In this document: piece by piece, positions 1-12,530 of the stretch | Position numbering within the stretch: position 1 is the stretch's first letter | How the letters are laid out: every line of letters starts with the position of its first letter | Notes under the pieces: model-generated | Seen by the model: only the letters and a program-made list of their open reading frames with translations | Database searches by the model: none | What the model was told of the DNA's origin: nothing | Made by a program: the position numbers and the translations under genes | Assembly (NCBI GenBank): GCA_046563655.1 | Contig: CM102289.1 | Coordinates: 2,294,001-2,358,000, forward strand | Reading direction: 5' to 3' | DNA from: Yuukianura sp. NJ FZ-2021 | Taxonomy: Eukaryota | Length of the DNA: 64,000 nucleotides

Positions 1-1660
1 CCTCCGAAGTATTTCGACAAGTTTTGGGATGTGTTTGACTCATTTCCACCAGTCGTTGCAATGTTGGGTATTTTACTGCTTGAGGGTGAACGTATTTGAA
101 CGTTGGGTAGCTGTAGTTAGTACAGTTGCAAACTATTTGGGTAGCAAGTTCAGCAGAATTTAAAAATGTAAAAGTGTATTCTGGTCCGATTTGATGAAGC
201 GGCATGTAGAACACCCTAGTTTCAAAGTCTTGAATAAAAATAAAACCTTGTAACTGGTTCGTCATGTAGAAAGTTTGACGAATCGGCTGCGGAGCAGATA
301 AGAATGAAACTACTTTTCCCTTGTAGGCGTTTGTTAAAACAAGAAATGCAAGAGCCCACAATCCAACTACCGTTGGAGTGCTCTTCCGATTTGGACTTTG
401 ATGAAATTTTTGAAAAACGTCAAGTGCGTTAAATGAAATTACAAAAAGGCAGTTTACTGCATAACGTAGGAATTCTTTTATCGTTAACCCAATGTGTGTC
501 CTAATGTAGAAAATTGTACAAACGAAAGTAACCAGAAAACCAAAGAATGTAGTAGTAAACCAAGAGAACGTGTCAAATGGCGCCGCATAAAATTCAAACG
601 TGAGGATTTCACTTGTGCCATCACAGGTTAAGAAATTTACTGATTCTGTGCCAATGACTAACACAAAGTTTGGAATTTCAAGTTCAGCGCTGGAAACAAT
701 AGAACCTATAGAAATTTCTTGCTTGACTATCAATTCTCTGTTTGAATCAATAGCTGTAAATGTGTGGGCAATGCTCGAAGGAACAAAAATTTGAACTTCG
801 TCGAACGCTAGCAATTGGAGATACTCAAGGAATGTTAGGTTTGACTTGAGTTTTGCTGGTTTGAATGGATTCAATTGTTTTTTGGATTCAATTTTTACAA
901 ATGGTCCCGTTCTAGACTCTAAAACGGGGTAATATTTATTTTGTATTTGATTTTGAACTACGGGTATCATGTTCATCACAGAAACAGAAAATAGTTGTTG
1001 GGTGTCGTTTGTTTCATAATCAAATGCTGCAGTATGGTATGTAATTTCAGTAATATTTGTTGTACTATAAAAATATTTAGAATTTGTGGTAAGAGGTGTC
1101 AGTTTGGAAAAAACAAGAGGGTTTCTACTAAATGACAAAAGACGGACAAAAAATGGATATGTATATGGTAAATCAAAATTTAAATGATGAACTATTACAT
1201 TTAAGGTAAATTGTGAAATGAAACTGAGTTGTTCGGTTATACTTTTGTCATGATAAAAGTCAACACAGGGTAGCTTAGCGTTCGCTATACTTTCATTGAA
1301 CGTGTTTTTACCTATGTAGTAAGGCGTTATGAAGAATATTGAAAAGTATTTTAGCTTACTCGTCTTTATCTTAGCACCAGCTAAATGTACTGCCACAACT
1401 TGTTCCAATAGTTCGTTGTTATGATTACAATACGTAGTTTGCTTCGTTCTCAGGTAAAACAATTTTACCGGAACTTCAAAGCCTACCGTAATCTCTGGGT
1501 GTGTATCATCTCCTGCTACTAACAAATTGTCACTATGTGGAAATTGATTTATCAGAAGATGGAGATTGGTCACTTGGAAGGAATTGTCATTGGCTTTTGC
1601 AAAATGTACAACGAATTGTGCCAAGAATGTAATCAGGGTTGAAATACCAAACAGATCCAT
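1..1660 (-). CDS. Divergent ionotropic receptor (IR)-like gene, paralog of 2401-4878; 3' part runs off the window
   Basis: ATG at 1660 gives MDLFGISTLITFLAQFVVHFAKANDNSFQVTNLHLL, nearly identical to MDRLATISTL...NDNSFQVTNLHLL of the neighbour. Colinear nucleotide similarity continues to base 1, including the NAYKGKVVS region at ~310-340. Confidence 0.8.
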   Translation of the reverse strand, partial: MDLFGISTLITFLAQFVVHFAKANDNSFQVTNLHLLINQFPHSDNLLVAGDDTHPEITVGFEVPVKLFYLRTKQTTYCNHNNELLEQVVAVHLAGAKIKTSKLKYFSIFFITPYYIGKNTFNESIANAKLPCVDFYHDKSITEQLSFISQFTLNVIVHHLNFDLPYTYPFFVRLLSFSRNPLVFSKLTPLTTNSKYFYSTTNITEITYHTAAFDYETNDTQQLFSVSVMNMIPVVQNQIQNKYYPVLESRTGPFVKIESKKQLNPFKPAKLKSNLTFLEYLQLLAFDEVQIFVPSSIAHTFTAIDSNRELIVKQEISIGSIVSSAELEIPNFVLVIGTESVNFLTCDGTSEILTFEFYAAPFDTFSWFTTTFFGFLVTFVCTIFYIRTHIGLTIKEFLRYAVNCLFVISFNALDVFQKFHQSPNRKSTPTVVGLWALAFLVLTNAYKGKVVSFLSAPQPIRQTFYMTNQLQGFIFIQDFETRVFYMPLHQIGPEYTFTFLNSAELATQIVCNCTNYSYPTFKYVHPQAVKYPTLQRLVEMSQTHPKTCRNTSE

Positions 1661-2400
1661 TTCGTGTTACCAAAATTTGCGGCTTATAACTAAGACACAC
1701 AAAAGTTGACTGTGGTGACTGTACCGTCACCGTCATGTACCATCGTGTGTTTCCCAGTTTGACCTCTAAATTCAATCTCAAGGTCACATGGTTAAGTATT
1801 TATTTTAAATTTTGAAAGTGGAAAATGTTCAATTCTCCGAATTGAAAATAAATACTGAACTAGAGGTGAGACCCGAAGCACGCCATTAGATCACAAAATT
1901 ATGTTCACAAAACGTATTTACACGCGATTCAAGTATTTCTTACCATAGTATTTTTCCGCGTATGAAAGCGCCGAAGAAAAGGAACGCAACATGGATCACA
2001 CTTTGAAAAATACATTACAGTGTATATTCTAGCGTATCAAGGTATTTTCAATATTTATTCCAGGGCAGATAATAGTTTTAGTCATGAATATCTGAATAAA
2101 TTTAAACAAGTTGCGGCGTAGTCGGTTAGCGTGTAAGGTAATAAATTATCATCGAAGTATTTGCGAATAAAGTAGTTTGGATTTTAAACATTTAGAAAAG
2201 GTCAGAGCGGAACGCCTTTTACGCGTGCCAAAAGGTTTCAAAAAGGTTAACATTCATAACGCTGGTAATAATGAGTTCGTATATTTAAATGTACACAATA
2301 TTTTTACTAATTTCAAAGGAAACGGCTCCACTCAGATGTCAAACATGTATGTTTGTTATGTGACAAATTCTGTCTACTTTTTTTTACTCAAATGCTTTTG

Positions 2401-4878
2401 TTATGTTTTACCGAAGCCTAATTTTTGGAAAGCAATCATATAATGAACGAGCAAATGGTGACAGTAAAATACAAGGTTAATTATACGTTGTCTTGATTGG
2501 ATAATCATACCAAAAATCCTGCTGCATGTACCGTACATACTACTAACGGTGATGTATTCCCTTGCGTATTTGTATACCAGCGATTTAGTTTCGTACACAA
2601 ATATTACACTAGAAAAGCAAATGCCACAAGCTATTAAGTAGAAACAAGTTATAATATTTCCTTTTAAATTGATTTTCTTAGGCAAAGTTAACAGTCTCTT
2701 TCGTTTCAAGTTTTCTTTCAAAATTAGATCACTTGCCGTTGGATTGCGTACAGGTTGCCATTTCTCCCATAATTGAAATACACCAGAAGCCAAATATTTT
2801 TGCAATTTTTTGTACACAACTTCATCAAAAATACTCAAGAATTTTACTATTTTAGAAATTGATTGATTTCCTTTGCGGAAGTAAATACCGGATTCCACGT
2901 CACGATTATTTTCATGATTGGCTACAAATAAATCCAGGTTAGAATCTAAACCAAGAAGTGCAATTTTGTTACAATGTGAAACCATTTGTTCTAATTTTGA
3001 AAGAACAAAATTAATATCAGTTAGGTATGGCCCACTTTGAATAAATGAATGAACAGAAGTAATAGCAAAATCATTTGGTAAATCATAACGTGCCTTCCCT
3101 TTACCGTAAATTACTATGCTGTTTTCAATAGTTGAATTTTTGACGAATTCAAAATAATCGTCACAGTATATTTTGCTATCCATTCGCAGGTATGGTGGTA
3201 GGAGAACCTCCGAAGTGTTTCTGCAAGTATTCGGATTTGTTTTACTCAGTTTCAGAAGTTTCTGCAATGCTGGCAATTCTGCTGTCTCAGAGCGAATGTA
3301 GTTGCTGCCGCTGTGATTGTAGTATTCACAATTGCAAACAAATTGGGTTGCGAGTTCAGTTAAATTTACCAAGGTAATAGTGTAGCCCGGCTCCAATTCG
3401 CGAATCGGCATGTAAAAAATGCTTGTTTCAAAATCTTGTACTAACACAAAACCTTCTAACTGTTTGGCCATATCAAAAGTTTGACGAATCGGCGGAGGAG
3501 CAGATAAAAGTGAAACTACTTTTCCCTTGTAAGCGTTTGTTAAAACAAGAAGTGCAAGAGACCACAAACCAATTACAACAGTTAGGGTGCTTTTTGGATT
3601 TTGATTTTGAGGAAATTTTTGAAAAACGTCAAGTACGTTTAAAGAAATTACAAAAAAGACGTTTGCTGCATACCGCAAAAATTCTTTTACCGTTAACTCA
3701 ATGTATGCCCTAATGTAGAAAACAGTACAAGTGACAGCAACCAGAAAACAAAAGACTGTAGCAGTAAACCAAGAGTACGTGTCAAATGGCGCCGCGTAAA
3801 ATTCAAACGTGAGGAGTTGACTCGTGCCATCACATGTTAAGAAATTTACCGTTTCCAAGCCAATGACTACAGCAAAGTTTGCAAGTGCAAGTCCAGGGTG
3901 GAACATAATAGTATCTTTTGAAATTTTTTCTTTGATTATCAATTCTTTGTTTGAATTAGGCGCTGTAAATGTGTTGACAATGCTCGAAGGCACAAAAATT
4001 TGAACTTCATCGAACACTAGCAATTGGAGATACTCAATGAATGTTAGGTTCGACTCGAGTTGTGCCCGTTTGAATGGATTTAGCTGTCTTTTGGATTCAA
4101 TTTTAACAAATTGCCCAGTTCCAAGGTCATTATCGAAATGGTAGTAAGTGTTTTGTAGTTCATTGAGAACGAATGGAATCATTTCTATCACAGGAATAGA
4201 AAATATCCCTTTTGCGCCGTTTGTTTCCAGTTGAAGTGTTCCATCATGGTAAATTATTTCAGAAATATTGGTTGTACTATAATAACGTTTAGAGTTTGGC
4301 GTGAGAGGTGCAAGTTTGGAGAAAACAAGAAGGTTCCTGGCAAATAGTGATATAGATTGGACCAAGAAAAATGGAAACTCAGATATCTCAAAATCAATTA
4401 GATGAATTACTACATTTAAGGTGAATTTGGAATAATAACTAATATAGTCGTTTATACTTTTGCCAGGATACCAGTTGACACACAGTTCATCAGAGGTCAC
4501 TGGACTTTGACTGGCCGTGTTTCTTTCCATGTAGTTTGGAGTTAAGAAGAATATTGAAAAATGTTGGAGCTTACTCGTTTTCATTCCAGCACCGGCTAAA
4601 TGTACAGCCGTAACTTCATAAAGCAGTGTGTTTTTATCATTACAGTAAGTTTTTTGCTTCGTTTTTATGTAAAACAGTTTTACTGGAACTTCAAAGGCTG
4701 TTGTAATCTCTGGGTGTTTTTCATCTGCTGCTACTAATAAATTGTCGCTATGTTCAAATTGATTTACCAGAAGATGGAGATTGGTCACTTGGAAAGAATT
4801 GTCATTGCCTTTTGCAAAATTTATAACAAATTTGGCCAAGAAGATAACCAACGTTGATATAGTAGCAAGCCGGTCCAT
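2401..4878 (-). CDS. Divergent ionotropic receptor (variant iGluR)-like protein, single exon, ~825 aa
   Basis: 845-aa ORF; likely start MDRLAT at 4878 by comparison with the paralog. Signal-like N-terminus, pre-M1 APFDTYSW, M2 motif LWSLALLVLTNAYKGKVVSLL, YLASGVFQLW and a C-terminal TM. Confidence 0.75.
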   Translation of the reverse strand: MDRLATISTLVIFLAKFVINFAKGNDNSFQVTNLHLLVNQFEHSDNLLVAADEKHPEITTAFEVPVKLFYIKTKQKTYCNDKNTLLYEVTAVHLAGAGMKTSKLQHFSIFFLTPNYMERNTASQSPVTSDELCVNWYPGKSINDYISYYSKFTLNVVIHLIDFEISEFPFFLVQSISLFARNLLVFSKLAPLTPNSKRYYSTTNISEIIYHDGTLQLETNGAKGIFSIPVIEMIPFVLNELQNTYYHFDNDLGTGQFVKIESKRQLNPFKRAQLESNLTFIEYLQLLVFDEVQIFVPSSIVNTFTAPNSNKELIIKEKISKDTIMFHPGLALANFAVVIGLETVNFLTCDGTSQLLTFEFYAAPFDTYSWFTATVFCFLVAVTCTVFYIRAYIELTVKEFLRYAANVFFVISLNVLDVFQKFPQNQNPKSTLTVVIGLWSLALLVLTNAYKGKVVSLLSAPPPIRQTFDMAKQLEGFVLVQDFETSIFYMPIRELEPGYTITLVNLTELATQFVCNCEYYNHSGSNYIRSETAELPALQKLLKLSKTNPNTCRNTSEVLLPPYLRMDSKIYCDDYFEFVKNSTIENSIVIYGKGKARYDLPNDFAITSVHSFIQSGPYLTDINFVLSKLEQMVSHCNKIALLGLDSNLDLFVANHENNRDVESGIYFRKGNQSISKIVKFLSIFDEVVYKKLQKYLASGVFQLWEKWQPVRNPTASDLILKENLKRKRLLTLPKKINLKGNIITCFYLIACGICFSSVIFVYETKSLVYKYAREYITVSSMYGTCSRIFGMIIQSRQRIINLVFYCHHLLVHYMIAFQKLGFGKT

Positions 4879-5577
4879 CTTGTGTGCACAAAATTTGCTT
4901 CTTTCAACCATGCATGAGAGAAAAAAGTTGACTGTCATGACTGTGTCATTGCAGTACCTTCGTGTGTCTCACCATTTGACCTTCACTTTCAACATTGAAT
5001 TCATATGGTTTGACACTTTTAAGTACATTAATAAATTAAAGTAGTACACCCGGGTCTTAGCAATGTAAATTTCTGGTCCTAAATGCTTTAGTTATGAACA
5101 TGAAACAAGCTTCGGTTTAGTCGCTTAACGTGTAGTGTTGATAAATTACAGCCGAGGCATAAGCAAACAAAACGTTTTCCATTTTTTAAATTTAAAAAAG
5201 TCAAAATTGGAACACTTTGATGCGTGTCAAACGTTTCACAAAACTCAAATAATAATGTAATTGTATATTGTTTGAAATGTTTCAAAGATTTATCAACGTC
5301 AGCAAAAACTCAAACGTTTTCACCTTTGACACAGATGCTCCGATCCATGAGTCATGACTCATCACAAACTTATATGAACAAAGCAACAAAAAAAACATGA
5401 TCGCATGAAGTATGTGCTTTAGTTCTTTGACATTTCAAAAATTTGGTAAAGGGAGTTCCCACTCCTAAAACAATGCTTTTAGACAAATGAAATGGATTAG
5501 ACACGACTTTGCTGTCAATTTATTTAAAAATTGTAAACTTTTTCATGCTTGCAAAAGTTTTCCAATAGGGATAATTT

Positions 5578-7217
5578 TTATGTTTTTAAATCCAGAATTT
5601 TGAGTTCTACGATTATGTCGTCGAGGAGTTGCTTACAAGAAACGGACTCGGGCAAAACTGCTTGGTCAAATCCAGCGGCCAGTCTTAACTTTCCATTGTA
5701 GCTTAAGGACGAAAATCCAAGAGCTAGAAAATCCAAAATTATGTTTTGAAAATTGAAAGCAAAAATTGAGCATAAGAATTAAAAAAGATAATTTACTAGC
5801 TTTTCCCGGTCCAAATCCAGCAGCAAATCCACCATCTAGTATAGGCAAGTCAAGACAAATTGCTCTCTCTTCAGGACCAGGGAAATTGCTCATTACAGCA
5901 GTTGACAATTCGTTTGAAAAAGTTTTCCACGTGACCCAACTGAACTGAACTCCCGCCAATCGAATAAGGTAAAACAGCGTCACTGGCAACGTAGACTTTT
6001 TCAAATTTTCTAAAGACTTGTGTATTATCGATAGACGTTTCAAACAAGAATCTTCTTTCAGCGGAAGCAGTACTAAACCACCAGTTCTCCAAAATCAAAT
6101 AAATTTTTTAAAAATTTAAAACATTTTTGAAAATTTTAAGGAGTGAAAAAGTGATGATACAAAACTTTTTTTTTACGTACACTTACAAGTGATTGGTCAG
6201 TGAATACGGGTGATTCGAAAATGGCAACACCGTGAAACAGTGAATTTGGCTAGGAAATTCAAATCCGCGTTCCGTCATGAACTTTTTGACTCCTCCTGCA
6301 AAGGCTGCAAGTAGCAACGCTGCAAATGACACTCCATGCTTATTTTTCACACTTTTTACAAAATCAAGGTCAATTGGATTTGAAACTCCACCGTTCACTT
6401 TTCCCACCATTTTGCTCACTGGAATGTGCCAGGGGTTGTTGTCATGGCAACACACAATTGTCCTTGCCAGATCATTCGCATGTCTCCACGGCAGTAAAAG
6501 CTTGCGTAAAACTGACGATTTATGCCTCTGCGTTCTCATTGGCCGAGCAAGTTGAATTTTCACACCGGACAAATCACTCATGACAAGTTTCAGAAGACTG
6601 AATCCGTCAGCCAGTCCATGATGCACTCTAAAAAGCACAGTTGACCTTAGGTCACCTGAGAGGTCATCTTTGCTTCTAGTGTTATGCAGTACTAAAAACT
6701 CCCAAGGACTTTTGTTTTGCTCAAATGCCTTCTGGAACAAGTTGTTACCGATGTCTAAAATGGCGTTTTCATCAAGCGTCGGCATGAAAGCATACTCTTC
6801 CCATAGTCTTACATGCTCAGATACGTCAAAATTTGACTCCCATTGCCAAAATAGTAGGCCACACCATGAAGTCACGAATTGCTGCAACTCTGGTCTTAAA
6901 TGCTTTCTTGTCTTCAAATGTCTCTGATCAATGACTTTGAGCATGCGCTGTCTGAATTGGTCAACATCCAGGTGACCATCGAGATAAACAGTGACGAGGA
7001 GCGGTATTTTTTGAATTTTGGTAAAAACTAAATCAGAGGCAAACGGAGCACTTGATGTACCAACTAATTTGCCCAACTTTGGTTTAAAATAGAGTGCCAT
7101 TTTACTTACGACGAAACGATAAACAAGCATGAACAGAACTTCTAAAAGAACAAAAGGTGCGACTAATAGGAGTATCAATGCTAGTAAATAAGTCACAGTT
7201 TTTTCGGTTGGTGTCAT
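5578..7217 (-). CDS. Wax ester synthase/diacylglycerol acyltransferase (WS/DGAT), 3 exons
   Basis: Catalytic HHxxxDG motif (RVHHGLADGFSL), also SNFPGP and C-terminal SYNGKLRL. GT-AG introns at ~6186-6088 and ~5797-5724 join the exons in frame; stop TAA at 5580-5578. Confidence 0.85.
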
Positions 7218-8126
7218 TTTAGTGTAGGTTAATCTAACTGTTGTATCAAACCAAACGTAACTTAAATTTCTATTTGAGCAAATTCCAAAACACAACAGAA
7301 CTGACACAAATCCAAATTTCAAAAAGCTTATAGTCATATCGCATCATATGGTCAAGTCATACCACGTTCCTGTTAAAGCTAAAACCGGTTTTTGAGTAGA
7401 TTGTTGAAAAGAAATCACCCACTGCAATTTCTAAAGAGAAAGACGAACGCAAAAAAAAAACAACATTCGTGTCACAAATTTTATGAAAGTATTATGCAGA
7501 CTATTATGTAGAGTAGCTCAACACATCTAAAAGTGACCTCTAGGTCGGGCCAGGTTGTGAGAACAAAGCAATACAAGGTTGCTACAACAACGAAATAGTT
7601 TTCCTTCAACATGTTAGGCAATAAGTCCTGTTTTCGAAAACTTTGAGTCAGACAATTTTTTCTACTTGAAATGGGCGTGACACATTTTCAAATTTAATGC
7701 AAAATTGACTTGGCAAGTCCATTATTTTTTCACTTGTTCCAAGCTACTGCAATTTTTAAAGCAATTCTTGAAACCTTTAAATTTTTGGGAAAGTAAATGG
7801 AAAGTCGAAATGATTGAACGTCGACATTATAAGCTTTCTTTTTTTGATTGTTTTTATATAAAATGACCGTGAAATAGCCAAAAATTGATTTTTGCACTCC
7901 ATTATTTGTTTCTTCCTTTTTCCTCTCAGGTTTTGTGTTTAGAAAAGTCTACTATTCGGAGAAAATGTTTTTCTAAATTGCATGTCTGCAGCTTACACTG
8001 CTTACTAAATTGGACAGTATTTGGATAGTAACCACTTCTTCGACGTTTTGCAAAGGAAAATTATGTCAGCATCCAATTCAGGCGTCAGTTCTCAGTTCAA
8101 AATTTTTGAATAACAGTTGCCGAGCA

Positions 8127-8904
8127 ATGGCGTCCGTGGTTGGATACATTTTGGTGGTCTTTGGCGTCATAATGTTATGCAATTCCTTGTTGATGAAGTT
8201 TGCAATGCCACTGCTCATTCGCTCTACAATGTCAACGGTAATCACTTTTACTCATAATTTTATATTGAGTTTTTCAACCTAAAAGTTTCAATTGTAGTTG
8301 ATTTGTCATATAGGGCTTGAAGTTGATGCCAATGAACGAAGACTTTCATGTGTGGATTGACATTCCATTTCCTGTGGCTCTTGTGGTGCGATTCAAATCA
8401 GTCTCATATCTCCCGCCCGAGGTTAAAAAAACTAATTAAAACAAATTTGGCTCTGAATTTGAAAATATATGTAAACTTACTTTGTCACTTACATTGTAAT
8501 CGTATAGGGAGATAGTATTGGTGGTGGAATACTGCAACTGGAAATGGACCTTACGAAATGGGAAGAGGATCCAGACGCTGCTGAGCCACTTAAGCTTAGA
8601 GAAACTGCGTATATTCAAGAGGTGGATTTTCAAAAATTTAAAAAATTTCAATCGTTTCAAAGAAATAATGCTTGGATAACCCGTTTTCATGAAACATTGA
8701 AATTTAAATTTCAAATAATCATGAATATTTTTTTTTCGTTATGAAATTTAGACTTCTGCAATTGACGAAATCCAGCACTACAAAGTTGTTCTTGGTCACT
8801 ATGGCTGGAGTGCTTGGAAGTTGGTGTCATTCATTGTGTTCCTTCTGGGAATCACAGGAATTGGCGTAGGTTGTGGATCTGCCTGGAAATTTAGAACAAA
8901 GTAA
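8127..8904 (+). CDS. 161-aa two-TM protein resembling a miniaturised CD36/SNMP (copy 1)
   Basis: Exons 8127-8237, 8314-8421, 8508-8621 and 8752-8904, all joined by phase-0 GT-AG introns. Open frame with hydrophobic N- and C-terminal segments; structure conserved in copy 2. Confidence 0.75.
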
Positions 8905-9187
8905 AACAGAAAATGGAGCAAAAAAGTGAAACCACTCAAGTACATGGACTTAGATGGATGAGATACTAGATCTCCATGCTAAAAAATATGGAATGCAAAA
9001 AATTGAAGAAAAAGTCAAACACTTTTAGTTTTTTTGTGTATGTTTTTTAACGCATAAGAAGACAAGAAAAGTTGTGCTTTATTTTAAGCAAAATAAAAGG
9101 GACATTTTTGAATTCTCATCTTCAACTTTTACTTTAAAGAGAAAAAATAAAAGCAATAAGATTTTGCCTGGTGAAACTGAAAACAGA

Positions 9188-9211
9188 AACTGTAACTGTA
9201 ACTGTAACTGA
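9188..9211 (+). repeat. (AACTGT)n microsatellite
   Basis: aactgtaactgtaactgtaactga. Confidence 0.8.
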
Positions 9212-9223
9212 AAATAAGTTAAT

Positions 9224-10832
9224 CTAAAAATTAATTAATAGAAATGTTATTCCGTTTACTACGAAGTCTACCATGCTGAGTTTGGCTCTTTCCTCCATGT
9301 AATAAAATGAGCCAATCCTGAGTCGCAGAGGGACCAGCGAATTTATGCTTCTGCGCAGAGCTATTCTATCTTTGCGGCTTGAACACTGCAGTCCTTTGCT
9401 CATATTCACCCGAAAGGCGTTAGAGTATTCGAATACTCTGGACATGGCAATGGCAACAGCTGGAATGACTATGAGCATTCCCGCAGCATCAAGAATCCAA
9501 ACTACGCAAAGAAAGGGCCCCAAATTCCTTGTGAACCTAATTGCAGTGTAGACGACAATCACGACGTTTAGCAGCAGAATCAGTTTTATTGCAGGACCAG
9601 CACCACGCCCTATTGATACATTTACAACCTCCGTCAAAATAGTCATCATGCGATAAATTCGAATTGAAATTGGTGGCCACTTCCTTCGTGTTGGTATAAT
9701 ACAGTGATTTCTGCATTCAAAATAAGTATTACTATATATATTAATAATACAAGGTTTCTTGACAACGAGAAGTAAATTTTCTTTAACAGGTTGAGTACTG
9801 CACCAAGCTTGTTGAGAAGAAAAATAGGGGAAAAAATTGGTACCAAGTTTGGTACCAATCCAAAAAAAAATTGGTAGCAATCCGTATGTAAAATTTAAAA
9901 AACTCGGCTGTATTCAACGAATTTTAATTTTCTAAGACTAAAGAAAAACGTAGGAATTGGCCTTGACAACTCTCTGGCTGTATTGTTATGACTACGACAA
10001 CCTGAAATGAAATCGAAATAACACGAGCTAGTACTCAACCTGTTAAAGCAAATCAAAGTCACTAAACCTTGTTAATAATCATGATTATGAGGGAAAAAAC
10101 GGTTTTCTTACATTGCCAGTTTTAGCCAAAACGGAATAACGAACAGAGACAAGGTTGCAAAGACGAGAAGCTGGAGATCATGAAGACTTGCGACAACGAG
10201 TGCAGGGAAAATGAAACAGTAGGCAAATATAATGATTGGCTTCGAAATTAACGTGTTCAGAATAACGTACATTGAAACCAGCACCACCGCAGGGGTACCA
10301 ATATATCCAATGCCAATTAACACGATGAAAAGGAATTCTTGAAATTTTGCATTTTTGGCCATTCGTGTTGCTGAAATTTTATTTTCAGATTTTTATTTAT
10401 TTTCCAATTTTTTTGTAATTTAAAATTTAAAAATATGAGTGATGTGAGTGCAACTCGAGTGTTTGTAAAATACTTACGTATGATTTTGTTGAGGTAGAAC
10501 AAGTTGTTGATAGTATTAGCGATTTCCTGTGAATGTAAAATTAAGTTGATTCTACCTACGACGATTCCGAGTGTAGCATACAACAAACACAACCCGCCTA
10601 AAATTTGTTTAAAGACGGGCGTTGTTGGCAGTCGAATTTCACGAATAAGTACAAAGGAATGAATGGCTGCTACGAGGAATTCTGCAAAGGCAATGACCTT
10701 TGCCCTCCTTAACATTTGCTCAGTTGTTTGTATTGTACCGTTCTTTTCACTGTACAAAAACGGAGCCAGTTTCAATTTTGAATATGTTCTCAATAAGAAA
10801 TGTATGACAGCCAGTTGCAATTTCGTCAACAT
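9224..10832 (-). CDS. GR-like 7TM chemoreceptor, subfamily A copy 1 (3 exons, ~370 aa)
   Basis: Exons MLTKLQ..., PTRMAKNAKF... and NHCIIP...LRLRIGSFYYMEERAKLSMVDFVVNGITFLLINF, joined by GT-AG introns. Multiple TM segments; two paralogs at 18.7 and 20.7 kb. Confidence 0.7.
9749..10072. mobile_element. ~320-bp MITE (P-element-like termini) in intron 2 of the GR-like gene
   Basis: Termini ACAAGGTTT/AAACCTTGT, subterminal IR CTTTAACAGGTTGAGTACT/AGTACTCAACCTGTTAAAG, TSD (T)TAATAAT. The site is empty in both paralogs (~19190, ~21250). Confidence 0.8.
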
Positions 10833-11329
10833 TTTCTATATTGCTGAATTTTGCTTTTAGCTAAAATCGGAAGTTTTTTTTTTGCTAGTTTCCCCTCGAG
10901 TGTCAACTTCGGCTTCTCTTTTAGAAGTGCATTTGGCTTTTAGCTATATAAGACAACAACAAACATGAAATCTATTTTTTTCAGCTATGCAAAACAACAA
11001 CAAATACTAAATGTATTGCTTTTAGCTAAAACAACAACTGCTGCTGTTAGGTAAAAATGTTGATTAAAAAAAACTAAAGTGTTTGAACAGCAGAGTTGTC
11101 AGATAAATTTATATGAAATTTCCCGGCATTTTTAGAATTTCTTATTTAAGTGCACTACTATTAGATAAGTAACTATTTGAAGGTTTAATTTCATAAACAT
11201 TACATTATGTGAACAACACGCCAGGAAAAACATGTTTTGAGAAGTAAAATTCCAACATTACTGCTGTAGTTGTAGGTAAAAAAAAATTTGGAAATCATAA
11301 TGTTGTTTGAAAATTGGTATGTGAAAGAG

Positions 11330-11525
11330 AAAAGTTTCATCCTTGTCCCATTTTCAAAGTCCATTAAAACTTTAAAATTTCATCCTTGTCAAACTTTCTA
11401 ATCTTTTCAAATACAAAATTTTCATCCTTGACAAATTTCTTAAGGTCTAATCAAATGCTATATTTTCATCCTTGACAAATTTCCAAAGGTCTAATCAAAC
11501 TCTATATTTTTATCCTTGCCAAATT
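11330..11525 (+). repeat. Degenerate tandem repeat with TTTCATCCTTG core
   Basis: Five copies of ttt(c/t)atccttg at ~43-bp spacing. Confidence 0.65.
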
Positions 11526-11596
11526 TTCAAAAGTGTATTGAAACTGCCGAAAATTGACCAACGCCAAAAACACAAGTCAAGCTTAGATTTCATTTG

Positions 11597-12530
11597 GATT
11601 CCATGTGAAATGGCCAAAACAATTTGGCCAAAAGTGAAATGGTCAGAGGTGAAAAGGCCAGAAGTGAAATGGCCAAAAAGTGAAAATATCATAATTGAAA
11701 TGGGCAAAAAGTGAAAAGGCCAAAATCTAAAAACGCCAAAAAGAAAATGGCCAGAAAATGAAATGACCAAAAAGTGAAAACGCCAAAAAGTGAAAAGGCC
11801 AAAATATGAAAAGGCCAAAAAGTGAAAAGACCAGAATTAGGGAAAAAATACTTTGAGTGGGTAACTCGGTTTTCTACATTTTTTTTAACACAATTAAACC
11901 CCCTGCCACGAAAAAATATTTTTTTTTGCGATCCGCTTAAAATATTTGGTATTTTTAGAAAACGTAGGAGATGTTAACTTTTTCTAAACAAACAAATCTC
12001 ATTTTTTGAAAGTTAGCCAAATCTAACCTAAATGCTATAACAAAATTGTTTAAGCAGTTAAAAACGTAACCTAACCTAACAAAATATAAGCTAAGACCTA
12101 TTTTGAGAAAAAATTAACGTGTGACCTTATAGCGAAATTGCATTTTTCATAATTTTCTGAAAATTCGAAATTTTTGAGAGCGGGCCAAAAAATATTTTTT
12201 TTCATGGTCAGGGGTTCATATTTGCAATTAAAAATAGAAAATAAAGAAAAATGTGAGTTATCCACTAATAAAAGTAACTTTTTTTCCTAATTCTGGTCTT
12301 TTCACTTTTTGGCCTTTTCATATCTTGGCCTTTTCACTTTTTGGCGTTTTCACTTTTTGGTCATTTCACTTTCTGGCCATTTTCTTTTTGGCGTTTTTAG
12401 ATTTTGGCCTTTTCACTTTTTGGCCATTTCAATTCTGATATTTTCACTTTTTGGCCATTTCACTTCTGGTCTTTTCACCTCTGACCATTTCACTTTTGGC
12501 CAAATTGTTTTGGCCATTTCACCTGCTACG
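11597..12530. mobile_element. Foldback/Mutator-like (Phantom-type) non-autonomous element
   Basis: 9-bp TSD TTTCATTTG (11588-11596 and 12531-12539). Asymmetric ends GATTCCATG...CACCTGCTACG. Long inverted arms built of ~16-bp GTGAAAAGGCCAAAAA modules; AACCT repeats in the core. Confidence 0.85.

Noticed and set aside
1587..1787. 66-aa ORF as start of the first IR paralog
   Set aside because: Wrong frame; the homologous frame starts at ATG 1660.
11605..12522. CRISPR-like array of short repeats
   Set aside because: The repeats abut without unique spacers, form inverted arms, are bounded by a TSD and sit in eukaryotic DNA; this is a foldback transposon.
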